Shown here in pieces: positions 28,198-41,639 of a stretch of 64,000 bases of DNA. The DNA is taken from NCBI RefSeq assembly GCF_009914755.1, contig NC_060926.1, one strand, 5' to 3'. Source of the stretch: the human T2T-CHM13v2.0 reference genome, Homo sapiens. Below the pieces are notes generated by a model. It searched no databases, was not told where the DNA came from, and was given only the letters and a program-made list of their open reading frames with translations. Numbering within the stretch: the first letter of the stretch is position 1; each line of letters opens with the position of its first letter. A program made the translations under genes and the position numbers.

Positions 28198-30699
28198 AAA
28201 CACTGGATGTGGCTTGTTGGAGGTCTAGATAAGGCCTTGATGTGATTGTAATCAATAGCCATTTCACTACAACACACTGCTTCTTCTGTAGGTAGACTTT
28301 TCCTCTTTCTTCCCTCAAAATCTATGATAATTCACAAAGTTATCAACAACAACAACAAAAGTTTCATTCATCACTTTTGATCAAATGAAATGCTTCTTCA
28401 ATTAAAGGGAATGATTAAGTGTTTTTTATTTTTGTCTTCCCATTCTCACTTCAATGACAAAATCTAAAGTTTTCAGTAACAATGAAGAAAAAGGATTTTA
28501 AATTTTTGTTTCTATCTAAAATGGAAATTAAATGCAATAAATAAATATGAAAATATTGATTACTGTATTTCACTAAATCTTATTGCAGACAGTCCTTTAT
28601 CATTGGGGATTTTATTTTAAAATTGTGAGACGACACAAACATTGAGGGAAAATATTTCCTCAGAGGGCCCTTTTGTTTTTCTTAATCTTAAATTGTTTAA
28701 TGCTAAATTTGTTTGATATTTTGAGATTCATTCAGCATCAACAGCATCCTTGGGTCCATTTTGTTTTTTTTAATTAAATCTATGTAATGTTAAATTACTT
28801 GCCTTTGAAAGCTTCAAGACATTCAGCAACAGCACTCAAGCTGTTTAAATATGACCAAATAATCTTTTCACTATGTCATTATGTTTGCTGAGTTTATTTC
28901 TTTAACTTTTTGCCTCTTGGTGTTTATCTTATTTTAGAAAAATTAATTTAGGAGTCTACACATGAAATTCCTTATAATCCATCTCATCGCGAGTAGATTG
29001 AAATTCAACCAGTGTCTTACTTAGGGTTTATTTTACAAAATAAGTGGAATTCACTGGTAATCTTCAGAGTGTTTCTCTATACTGTTAATCAGCTAAACAT
29101 AACCATCAATTATAAATGCAAATTTTCAGGGTTAAATTGAGTGTTCAGATGCTCTAACGTAGCTTTTATTGGCTGTACATTGCCAAGTCTACACAACACA
29201 AAATAAAGTGTTGGGTTAATATTTATTTTTGAATTGGTGCTCTACAGAGATCTAATATGGGGGTAATTCAGGTCAAGAAAAAAGAAATAAGGATGCTACA
29301 AAGGCAATAAGAAGAGTTTTTTATTTGCGTATTTTTGCATGAATTATCTGGATTATGTCAACCGTGTAGACGTCTGTCTAGGAGTAGGTTCTGGGAAGTT
29401 TATTCAAATGTTGACATTTGCAGAGAATACTAACATGAAGACAGTCCAGAAATCAAGAAAACAAATTTTCACATGTGAGAAAAAGAAAAAATCATGGAAA
29501 TTTTAGACTATTTTTATGTAGATTCATTGTCCACAATTTTCTGGTGGAAGCCTAATTAATAATCCATTTTCCTATTGAAATTTTATAAAGAAAAATAGGC
29601 AGAGCTTAATATACAGGTCAATGTTTTCCTTTTTTTATCAACATCTCCAGAATGAAAATCATTTGTAAGCTTTACTAGCAGTACACCATAGTGACAGGCT
29701 TCCAAACAAGGAGAAATTATTTATTAGCTCACAATGTTTTTCCAGCCTTCCCTACCACCCCACCCTGAGGTGGTGTATAGGTTGTGCAATGAATAAATTA
29801 AGTATATTTCCTGCCTTGTGCTTGGCATAAATCATTACTTTTCCAGGTCCAAAGAGTGAGTGACTATTTGCAACACTATTCTGAGCTAAATAAGCTTTGT
29901 AATCAAGTAGAGTGGAGAATTTACTTTATTTTTTTAAAATATTTATTTGCAAGACAACTCTTATGAGTAAAATCACACTTTCTAATGGGAAAATAAAACA
30001 GCCTTAAAAAGAACAAGAGAATTAATCAATGCAAAATCAAATTGGCCTACTGAATTTTAACTTAATGTAAAGGTTTTTTTCCCTTTGGTTAAAATGACAG
30101 CTTTTACACAAAACAGAACATATCCATAATGTTATTTTTGTTATAATTATTGCAGTTAATATCTCAACTTACAAGGAGGACTTGCTTCGCAAAGATAGTC
30201 ACACACATGTAAAATGTATCTTATTTCATAATGTGCTGTTTCATGTATTCCCAAGGAGACTGACTATTACTGAAGAATATATTTTAATGTGGGACCGTTG
30301 AGTAAATGCTTTAAGGGAAGACAATTAAGCCACTAGTCAATGATGTATATTTACACATTACATTTTATAGCCGTTTTACATCTTAATAAACTAAAACAAA
30401 TGACATTTTCCCTTTAACAGAGATTTTAGGAAAAATAAAGATCACAGTCTCCTCTCCAGCTCCTTTCAAGCTCCAGGCATTAATGAGATTTTCGAATCAG
30501 AGCAACAGATGCAAGCAGTACGTTGCACCACAAGCAAGGCAAAAAGGGTCTAGAACTTGTTTTTTTCATCCACACTAAATCTTGGATAGATGTGGAGCAG
30601 AATGATTCTCCAAAGTAGAATGTGGGTCATGGGGTGAATATTTATCAGAAATAATAATAATAATGACTAACTTAAAGCTGATTCAAAAATTAAGTTAGT

Positions 30700-30960
30700 A
30701 ACATAAATTCAATGATATGGCACCACTAAAAATGATGTCAATGATAAATTTATGAACATGGAAATGTGCCCATAATGTATTTTATCTGGACAAAACTAGT
30801 TACAAAAACCAGTATGTGCATTAGAATATAACTTTTTGAAATTTTCACAGACTTGCAGAAGTAAATGTGATAGGAGACATTCCAAGATTTCAACAATATT
30901 TATTTCTTAGGTTTGGATGATTATTACTTCTTGCATGCTGTATTTTCTGGTTGTCCTAAA
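30700..30960 (+). mobile_element. L1ME 3' remnant
   Basis: 'ccactaaaaatgatg...catggaaatgtgcccataatgtatt...gttacaaaaaccagtatgt'. Confidence 0.55.
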
Positions 30961-31129
30961 ACAACTGGAGTAGAATTGCTTCAGTAATAAAAACTAAGTT
31001 ACTTTGAAATTTTGAAGCACATGTTAATTTTAGAATGTTTTCTTCACAGTTTAGCATCAGAAGGACTTTCCAAATTACCAATATTTTATTGGTAACATTA
31101 GCAAAGCATTCTTTTACTTCTATACTAAC

Positions 31130-31260
31130 ATATTCATTTGTTTTGTCATCCATTTATTTGTTCTTCAAATATGCATATGTTAACTGCTGTGCCGGGCAGC
31201 TGTGGAACAGCATTGAAAATAAACAGGCATTGGTCATACCCTCATGGAGCTTCGGTCTAG
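31130..31260 (-). mobile_element. L2 3' end remnant
   Basis: 'attcatttg...aaataaacaggcattggtcataccctcatggagcttcggtctag'. Confidence 0.6.
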
Positions 31261-34039
31261 CTTTGGTTAGGATGTTATTCTCTAGTTCTATGGAATTTTA
31301 TAGACACTACTCTGTATTTAATTTATGAATTCCACTCCTGAATTTTTATCTAGCATAATATGAGAGATATTTTCCTTATTAGTCTAGCGTAGTGTCCTTG
31401 AGACTCAAATGATGTTAAGGAAAGAGTGTGTGTGTGCGTGTGTCTTTGTGTGTGTTTGTGTGTCTGTTTATGCTTATCTGATGCATTCTCAAAGAAGAGC
31501 AACAAAGCTGTAACAAAGAACTGCATATTAACAGTTCACAGGTACTGAAACTTAAAAACAAGATAAAATTTTAACTGAACCCGATGTTTAGATACTATTT
31601 CAGACTCCATGAGGAGAAAAACAGAAATATGAGCAATGACATGACTAGAAATATTTTAATATTTAATCTGTCAACCCAAACATTACAATTCCTTCACATG
31701 GATTTTGTGGAAAAGAGTGAGATTAATCCAAGGGCATATTGAATTAAATATTTTAAGGTGACTTCTTAACCAATATACATTATGTTAAACATGCTTAATA
31801 GGAAAAATTATGAGGTTTTTTTTACTCTAAATGGTATAACTACAATAATTATTTGTGATTTCTGTTATTACAACAAAGGATAAGCAGAGTTGAATTTCTG
31901 AAAAGCTATGGTTTTTAAATTCTAATAAATATCTTCCCATTCAGAGACCCCGGGAAGTTTTCCTTAGGTCATAGAGACGTGCTGTGTTCAGCACACTTGT
32001 ACCAGAAATAAAAATGAGAGTCACCCTGGGTGGAACCAAGAAGGGAGCTTGTCTGTGGCATGCAGCATTCAAAACAGTGTGCTGCTGCTTCAAACTGTAA
32101 TCTACCTGGAATTTTCAGTTTGGTAGTATTCAGAAAAGAGTTTAGAGTTTTGTGTGTTTGTTGTTGACTTTTTTTCTTCTTTGGAGAAAAGATATGCTGT
32201 GTGCTTAATAAATATTTATACATTGTAATAAATAATACAACACACCTTAGACTAAGACAGTCTGGCAAACAGGTACAAATAATTTACCAGACCACATTTA
32301 TTTTTCCTTTTTTTTTCCCCAGGACCGCCAGGTTGGTTAGGTTAGAATTTAGGAAAGTGAGAAGAAAATACTCACTGTTGCTGGATAAGAGTCATATTAA
32401 AAAAAAAAAAAGTGGAACTAGCTCTGGCATCATAAGACTTGACCCTAATTCTCCCAGGATAACTTTAGCACAGCACTTCCAGTCAGCAATTGGCATCTTT
32501 TTTTGTTTTGTTTTGTAAATTCCTTGTTAGTCAGCTGTACCACAGTAATTCTTTTGGCCCTCATATTTCTAGTTCTGAAAGAACTAGAAACAAGTTACTA
32601 CCCAGTCAAGGTACTAATTTAACACACCAGGTTTAGTCTTTAATTAGAGTGCAGTTGAGCACAGAAATCTCAGAATTTATACATGACAAAGAAAAATTTT
32701 AGCGAAAACTACTTTTTCAATGGTGCACCCAAGGTAGCAGAGCACAATTCAAAACTTTGTATCTAAATAAAAAAAATTATCCATTCTGTATTCTAGAAAA
32801 ATATTTTCTCTAAACATAGAGAGATACTCTCTTTACTGTACCACATTCACTTAAAAAAAAAAGTTAGAAGGAGGACTCACTTGATTACTGGTATGATGTC
32901 ACTGAATGATGAAAGTTCTCAATTCTCTGTCCCAGGCATTCTGCTCTTGGTTAAAATACTATCCAGCATATCGTGTGTTCAATGAACTCTGGATATAAAA
33001 GGGAAAAAAAAAAGAAACCAAAAATAGGCTGCCCAAGATAACTCTTGTCCTCCATTTCTACCAGATCCAAGAACCTGCTGTTGACCAGCATTTACCTACA
33101 GAGAATTTGGGTGAGGGATCTTAATAAAAATGAAATCCTAATTAGAGCTGACCTTCAATGAATTACCTGCACGTGAAAGGAAAACAGAGAAGTCATTCTA
33201 CTTTTGTCTGGTCTCTGCAGATTCTTTTCCAGTTAAGAGCGGGAAAGAAATGCTGAAATTAGGATACCGAGTCTGGAGGGTAGGCAGGCTGCAGGAATAT
33301 CTTCAAAGGATCGTGTTTTTCACCCCTCATATCAGAGCCTTGAAGTGATTTAAAATAATAGGTTTCTTCTTGATTATATGTAATTTAAATATCTCATTAA
33401 ACGGTAAAAATTCAATATTATGACTTCTCTCTTTTTACAAAAAAGACAATTTTTTCTCAATTGTTAACCTATATGTTATTTTCAACGTGCTACCATACTT
33501 TCAACAATTCTCCTTGTTTTGAGGAAAAATTTTGAAATTTTACCACTGAGAGATGATATACAGAAATAAATGGAAATATAAAAATTTTGCAACCAGTATG
33601 TCAAGTCTGTGCTTTGAAAAGCATTATCAACCAACTTGAACACCAAATGAGAGACTGGACACTTTAATAAGATGGTGGTGAACATGACAAACACAGGATG
33701 CTAGTCCTGATTTTACAAGGTTCTACATATTGAAAAACTCACTCTGTTCTTGGGAACATAAGCAGCGGCATGCACTCATGGACACATTTGAGGCTTACAG
33801 TATGGAGCGCAGAACCAACCACTGTTGAGGTTTCAGTCAGATTGGAACCAGAAGTGAGAGCCAGAGGTGGAGTAAGTGGGGAAGTATGGGACACTGTGTC
33901 CAAGTGGGTTTTGTGACAGGGGCCACTTTATGGGCCAACGTTGATTCTGGAAGGAAAATGCAGGGCTTTACATTCAGTCTTTCTCAATTTTACTTGTTGG
34001 TTTTGACCAGATTTTTAATTTATCCATTACTTGTGTCTT

Positions 34040-34490
34040 TTTAAAAATTATTATTGGAAAGCAACACCATTACTGCCTAAATTTTAGAAAATGTTGGAAA
34101 GTAAAAAAGAAAACTTAATCCCATCATTCAGAGACAGCATCTGAAATGATAGTATGTTTCCATCCAGTCTTTTTTCCTCTGGACTATATATTTATATATA
34201 CACACATGATATGTATACATATGGTTTAAAAAATGCCTTGGCGCTAATCTTCAAAAGTAGCCGTTCATGGTGGCATAAGCTTCCCTTTATTAAGTCATAA
34301 CATACATAAAACTTTGTTTTGGTTGTTGAGAATAATGTCACTAAGACTCTTTCAAAATGTAGTTTTCTTACCCAATATAAGCTCTTTATCTTAGGTTTTT
34401 CTATCATCTAAAAATTAAACTACTGTCAATATCCAAATGTTAACTTTGGTTGCCCTGTTGATAATATTATTGATCAAGACTGGGTCAAAG
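34040..34490 (-). mobile_element. Ancient L1ME-like remnant
   Basis: 'aattttagaaaatgttggaaag...aatcccatcattcagagacagcatctg...tttccatccagtcttttt'. Confidence 0.45.
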
Positions 34491-35553
34491 AGGGAATGTT
34501 GAGGAAAAAAACTAGAAATGGAATTCTTCTTTCTGTTTCTAACCAAGCAATTAATCAAGTCTTGGCAATTTTTATTCAGATATTCTTGTATTATGCTGTT
34601 AACATTTACCTGTCATGTCCAAAAGAAAAGTCTGAGAGTCATTGTTTGCCCTAAATGCCTGACTGAAATCAAGTTATACTCTGTCAATGGCATTCTCCTC
34701 ATCTACCACTCGTTAACCATATCAAAAATGGAAATGAGTTTAGTTTGGCATAACTCATAATGTCATTTGGGAAGAAGGCAGAGGGAGCCGCGCCAACATT
34801 AATGTGCACTGTGTGAATCATTTACTTTAATTTCAATTACAGCACCAGGATGAGATATAGGAAACTTTTCCTGTAACTGCTGTAAGCTCTGGGATTTAAC
34901 TTGGTTAGCAGAACAATTTAGATAGCTTAGGGACCTAAATTTGGAGCCAAGATGTTATGGATAAGGATACAAAATAAATAGTGGTCTATGGTGTCTGCAG
35001 GCTTCACAATAGGAGAATTAAAAGCTAGGAGGAAAACGGCAGGACAATCTGTATGGCTGGAGGCTGTAAATTAGCAACTTTTATGAAGGGCATTTTATGA
35101 AGAATGGAGTGGATCAAAGATAGCACCAGAGACTAAGTGAAGAGGTCAGAAGACTCTGCACTCATGGGAGATGAGGTAGGCAGCTGAGCACAAGACAATG
35201 TATGTTTTCTTTTTTTGTTTTATTTTTGTATCTCAGAGATTTGGGGTTGTCTCTATTTGATCCAGACTCTTATCTTTGTTTGCCAATATCTGAAACTTTT
35301 GGCCAGTTTTTCATAACATCTCCTAGAAAATTAGCCACTATATTCTGAATAACTAAGCTGAGTGTATCCTATTTCTCCTTCATAATTTCCCTGTTCCTCT
35401 TTAATTGTTCTCCTGCTGGCTTTGCCTCTTCTCTCAGAAGTCTGAAATGTACGTTTTAGCTACACTCTCTACTGGTCAACACTAATCCAACTGGACATTC
35501 ACTGAGGTCTCTTCTGTCTCAGTACCTACAGTACCTCCTCCTGTTTACAGGAC

Positions 35554-36454
<901 letters not shown>

Positions 36455-36905
36455 TCTACTGGCCACTTTCTTATATCCTGAAAATCCAATTTGACCTCAA
36501 AGTCATAAGCAATGCAAAGGCACCTAGTATAAGAACATGAGATCAGGGGCCATGTGGATAGTGTTGCATCTGTTTTCAAGACTGTAGTGTGTAACTATTC
36601 TGTGATTTGCCAAAGACAATAAAGTAAAAAATTAGCTAGTAATAAAAGCCACAGCTCCCAAATTTCCCCACTAATTTTAGCCTTCTTAACCAGTCTACCT
36701 ACGTTATTGAATAACAATATATGAATGATGCAAACTACACAGATAGGCAATTTTATTTATTTAGGATATATTTTATGTGTAATGAACATCACTACCTAGT
36801 TATGAAAACAAGAACAATATTAAATATACTTTCAAAATACTTAGAGAAACGGTTAATTCAAATTTCATATATTTAACAAAACAGTATCACACTAGTCATC
36901 TATCA

Positions 36906-37117
36906 CTGTGGTTGGCAAACTACAGCCATTGGACCAATTCTGCCCCACTGCCTGTTTTTGTGAATAAAGGTTTATTGAAACATAGAAATATGCATTCCTT
37001 TTCACATTTTCTATGTCTGCTTTTGTGTTAAAATGGCAGGGTTGAGTGACTCATGCCCCCGGGAAGCCTGAAATATTTATGATGTGCTTCTCTACAGAAA
37101 AGGTTTGCCAAGCCCTG
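36906..37117 (+). mobile_element. MER58A (hAT-Charlie MITE)
   Basis: Terminal inverted repeats 'ctgtggttggcaaac' / 'gtttgccaagccctg'; internal 'ccactgcctgtttttgtgaataaaggtttattgaaaca'. Confidence 0.9.
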
Positions 37118-38169
37118 GTCTTCCCCATTAGGCTTTACACAAAAATTCAAGTAAGGGAAAATCTCACACATAATGAGAAGGGAATACTTGCATTTGTCTA
37201 ATTCAAATGGCTCTGTGAGTAGGAGGATGCTCCCTTCGAAAAATGGGATTAGATGGGCCCATTAAAATGTTCCATTTATATACAGGGAATATCTGTCCTT
37301 ACTCTTTTGTTATGTTTGTAACCACCTTTAAGGAGTCCCATAATTGCCCTTTTACCGCCCCAGAACATTAGTTCTCAAGAACAAACAATATGCTGCACAC
37401 TGCGCATGGCTCTAGAAAAATAACCATAAAAAAGAGATACTATTATGATCTTTGAGTAGTTACAATTTTACTTACTTTCATCAGATCATTATTTTTGTGA
37501 CATTTTCTTCATTATCACATCTGCTTCCAAAAGATGTGTGTATTATTACTTCAATATTCCTCATTGTGTTGAGAGATAATACATATCTTCATATTATTGA
37601 ATTAATTTTATAAAGAGGCCATTAAATAATAGATAACACACATTATCTAATCCAAAACGATTTCCCATTCTTACACAAAATGACCTGGTATCTTCTGCAT
37701 TTTTGCAAAACAAAATGTGTGGGGAAAGGAATTAACATAAAGTTAATCTGCCAGCATTCATTTAACCAGTGTTTACACAGTACCTGTTCTTAACTGAGAG
37801 CGTAGAAAAACAGTAGAGTCAAGATCCCCATCTCTTAGTGTAGGATCAATTGTAGAAAAAAATTGTATCCATAAACACTTCAATAAGAATAGACGGGGAA
37901 AGGCAATGTATTTCGCTTTGCATGGTCAGAGGGGGCACACAAGCTCCAAAAGGCAAGAAGACCCCCGTTGATCTAGCAGAGGAAAACACCTAATGTCAAA
38001 GTCCTGTTGTGCTTATTTCATTGGCAAAATACCTCAGCAAGGAGAATGTGGGAATTTGAAGCACCTTCCTAACAAAGTGCTGCTGCTGTCATGCTGGCAC
38101 TGTTCCCAGCCAGCAAAGCCAGGAGGACCAGGATCTTGGCGCTCTACTCTAGATACCTAAGAATGTTAC

Positions 38170-38230
38170 TTTCCCTCCAATGCCTTCTCCACCTCTATAG
38201 TTTTAAATGTCTATGATTCTATGATTCCAT
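38170..38230 (+). mobile_element. L3/CR1 or MIR3 3' tail
   Basis: 'tctatgattctatgattcc' matches the (ATTCTATG)n tail. Confidence 0.4.
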
Positions 38231-39608
38231 CCAAGTGATCAAAAGGAATTGCCGAGGTTTAAAATCATACCAGGTCTCATATTTTCAAATATTAGTAAAT
38301 CGTCAAAGACAGTCATGGCCAGCATTCCTTGTGCTGATGATTTATCATAGGTTTGTATGCCGTGTTGGTCTTGATGCATCTGTTTGACTTATGTTCATCA
38401 AATACTTTTGTTTAAAGAGGATTTAAAATCACCTAGTTATTTTCAAATGGCCAATGCGTATATGGTTTATTTACAAATGCTCTTAAGTTCAAATATTCAA
38501 AGGTTTCAAGTAAAAATCTTGAAATAAGTTTCACTGCCATTCACTATGTTGAACACACCTTCTCACACAGTTTGCACTATGAAAATAAATAAATGTACAG
38601 CAATGGTAGTGGGTACATAAAGAATTGTTACCTAGTTTCATTTGTTCATTCATCTACTCAATTACTACATAATTAATGATCTCCAATTTTGCTTCTCCAC
38701 CTTCTCCAATAAAAATTTTCCCACTGATTTTTAAAATCTACCTTTAAAATAAATTAATTCATCCATGAATGTCGGATTCTCTACCTTTTCTTTTAAAATG
38801 CAGTTATTTGTGGGCAAAGAAACATAATCTTATAAGTGATTAATGAGTGTCTTAATTTTCTGATGATACCAGCTAGATAGTTTCAGAACTTTCCTTTCTC
38901 TTCCCTCTGCTACCTATGCCTACCTGCCAAACCTAACAAGACTGTGGTGGGACAGTTTATGTCTCCACTCTCTTACACTTTGGGGTTCTAAAATGTTGTC
39001 ATTTCGAAACTGTTATATAAATGCTATAACACAGTATAGGGTTGGCTTTTGAGATTGGTTTATTTCATGCACCGTAATACCCCAAACATTTCTCCACATT
39101 GTTGCAAATAGTTCTTTCCTTTGTGTTACTGAGTGGTATTCGGTGACGTGGATATACTATACCCTTCATCTGTTGAAAGACAACTGGACTATTTCTAGTT
39201 TGGAACTATTCTAAATAAAGCTGCTAAAAAAATGTGTATTTGACATAAACATACGTTTTAAAATTTTTTTCTGGGTTAAATGACCTAGAGTGCGAATGTT
39301 GGGTCATATGGTAATTGCATCTTCAGTTTTACAAGAAATTGCCAAAATCGTTTTCAGAGTGGCTGTATTATTTACTTTCCCATGAACAATGTATGAATAA
39401 TCCAGTTTCACTGCATCCTCACTAGGAATTGATATTGTAACTATTTATGTTGGCTGTATTTTAATCATTGTTAGGTAGAGATATCCTATGGTGATTTTCA
39501 TTTGCATTTGGTGATGGCTAATTCCTGGGCATCCTTTCATGCGCTTACTTGTCATTTGTTTGTCCTCCTCTTAGTGAAATGTCTCTTCATGCCCTTTGGT
39601 CATTTTCT

Positions 39609-39616
39609 TTTTTTTA

Positions 39617-39648
<32 letters not shown>

Positions 39649-40270
39649 GCTTTAAGTTTTAGGATACATGTGCACAATGTGCAGGTTTGTTACATATGTA
39701 TACATGTGCCATGTTGGTGTGCTGCACCCATTAACTCATCATTTAGCATTAGGTATATCTCCTAATGCTATCCCTCCCCCCTCCCCCCACCCCACAACAG
39801 ACCCCGGTGTATGATGTTCCCCTTCCTGTGTCCATGTGTTCTCATTGTTCAATTCCCACCTATGAGTGAGAACATGTGGTGTTTGGTTTTTTGTCCTTGC
39901 AATAGTTTGCTGAGAATGATGGTTTCCAGCTTCATCCACGTCCCTACAAAGGACATGAACTCATCATTTTTTATGGCTGCATAGTATTCCATGGTGTATA
40001 TGTGCCACATTTTCTTAATCCCGTCTATCATTGTTGGACATTTGGGTTGGTTCCAAGTCTTTGCTATTGTGAATAGTGTTGCAATAAACATACGTGTGCA
40101 TGTGTCTTTATAGCAGCGTGATTTATAATCCTTTGGGTATATATGCAGTAATGGGATGGCTGAGTCAAATGATATTTCCAGTTCTAGATCCCTGAGGAAT
40201 CGCCACATGGACTTCCACAATGGGTCAACTAGTTTACAGTCCCACCAACAGTGTAAAAGTGTTCCTATTT
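39609..40270 (-). mobile_element. 5'-truncated L1PA (about L1PA4) with (ATT)n tail
   Basis: ORF2p C-terminus in frame 39849-40220(-); 3'UTR; TSD tcattttct at 39600-39608 and 40270-40278. Confidence 0.96.
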
Positions 40271-41349
40271 CATTTTCTAATAGGACTGCTTTTTTTTTCT
40301 GTTGACTTTTTATAATGTCTTATATTTTCTAGATACAAGTCTTATGTCAGCTACGTGGTGTGCAATATTTTCTCCCAGTTTGTAGGTTGCCTTTCCATCC
40401 TCTTCACAGGGCCTTTGACACAGCAAAATCATTTAATTTTGATGAGACTCAATTCATAACTTGCTGCTTTCATGGATTGTGTTTTTGATGTCAAGTCCAA
40501 GAATGCTTTGCCAAGTGCCAGATCTCAAAGATTTACTTCTATGTTTTTGCCTAAAAGTTTTACAGTTTTACATTCACTTTTAATCCATGTTCCATTTTGA
40601 GTTCATTTTTAGATCAGATATGAGGTTCAACTCAAAGCTTATTTTTTTGCTATGGACATCTAATTGATCCAGCACCCTTGTTGAAATCAAGTTTTCCTTC
40701 CTCCACTGAATTCTTTTTTGCATTGTTTTCTCAAAAAAATCAGTTGAACATGTTTGCGTGGGTCATTTTCTAGTTGTCTATTGGATTACACTAATCTATG
40801 TGTCTATCCCTGTGCTATATTACACTTGATTACTGTAGCTACCTAATAAGGTAGCTTGTATCTACCTTGATATAAGCTAGAGGGATTTCTTGTACTTTAT
40901 GCTCATTTGTCAAAGTCATTTTAGCTATTCTTGGGCCAGTCCTTTCCCATATAAATTTTAGAATAAGCTTGTCTATGTCTACATAAAACTATGCTGGGAT
41001 TTTTAAATAAGCATGACATTTGTCTCTCTTTCTCTGTGTGTGTGTGTGTGTATGTATAAATATGTATGTATGTGTGTGTGTCTGTGATATGTACACACAC
41101 ATATATAACTATATATAATTAATTAAATATATATAGTAATTATATCCCCTGTTTCATTCATGATATTGGTGACTTTTCTATCTTAGGGGTTTATCAATTT
41201 TATGAAATTTTTCAAAGAATAATTTATTTCGTTGATTATTCTTTATGTTTTCCTATTTTCCATTTTATTGATTTGATTTTGATTTTTATTATTGTCTTCC
41301 TGTTGCTTTGTGTTTATCTTGTTCTTCTTACCTAGTGTTGAGGTGGAAA

Positions 41350-41639
41350 CTAAAATGGCTCGTGCAAATATTGAGTCTTGGAATACCAAAACTTGCAGGG
41401 TGGACTGGCAGGCTTGAGACCAGAAGAGTTGATCATACTGATGAATTCTATAGGCAGACTGCTAGGAAATTCCCTCTTGCTTGGGAAGGCCAGGCTTTTT
41501 GTTCTATTTGGGCCTTTAGTCAGTTGAATAAGACCTGCCCAAATTATGAATGGCAATCTGCTTAATCAATGTTCATTAATTTGAATATGAATTTCACTCC
41601 AAACACCTTGCAAATTAACATCTAAAATTAATCATTACA
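41350..41639 (-). mobile_element. MLT2D-like LTR fragment
   Basis: 'ctggcaggcttgagacc...aattccctcttgcttggg...ggcaatctgctt...taaaattaatcattaca'. Confidence 0.8.

Noticed and set aside
39849-40220. 123-aa ORF (-)
   Set aside because: Same L1 ORF2p C-terminus remnant
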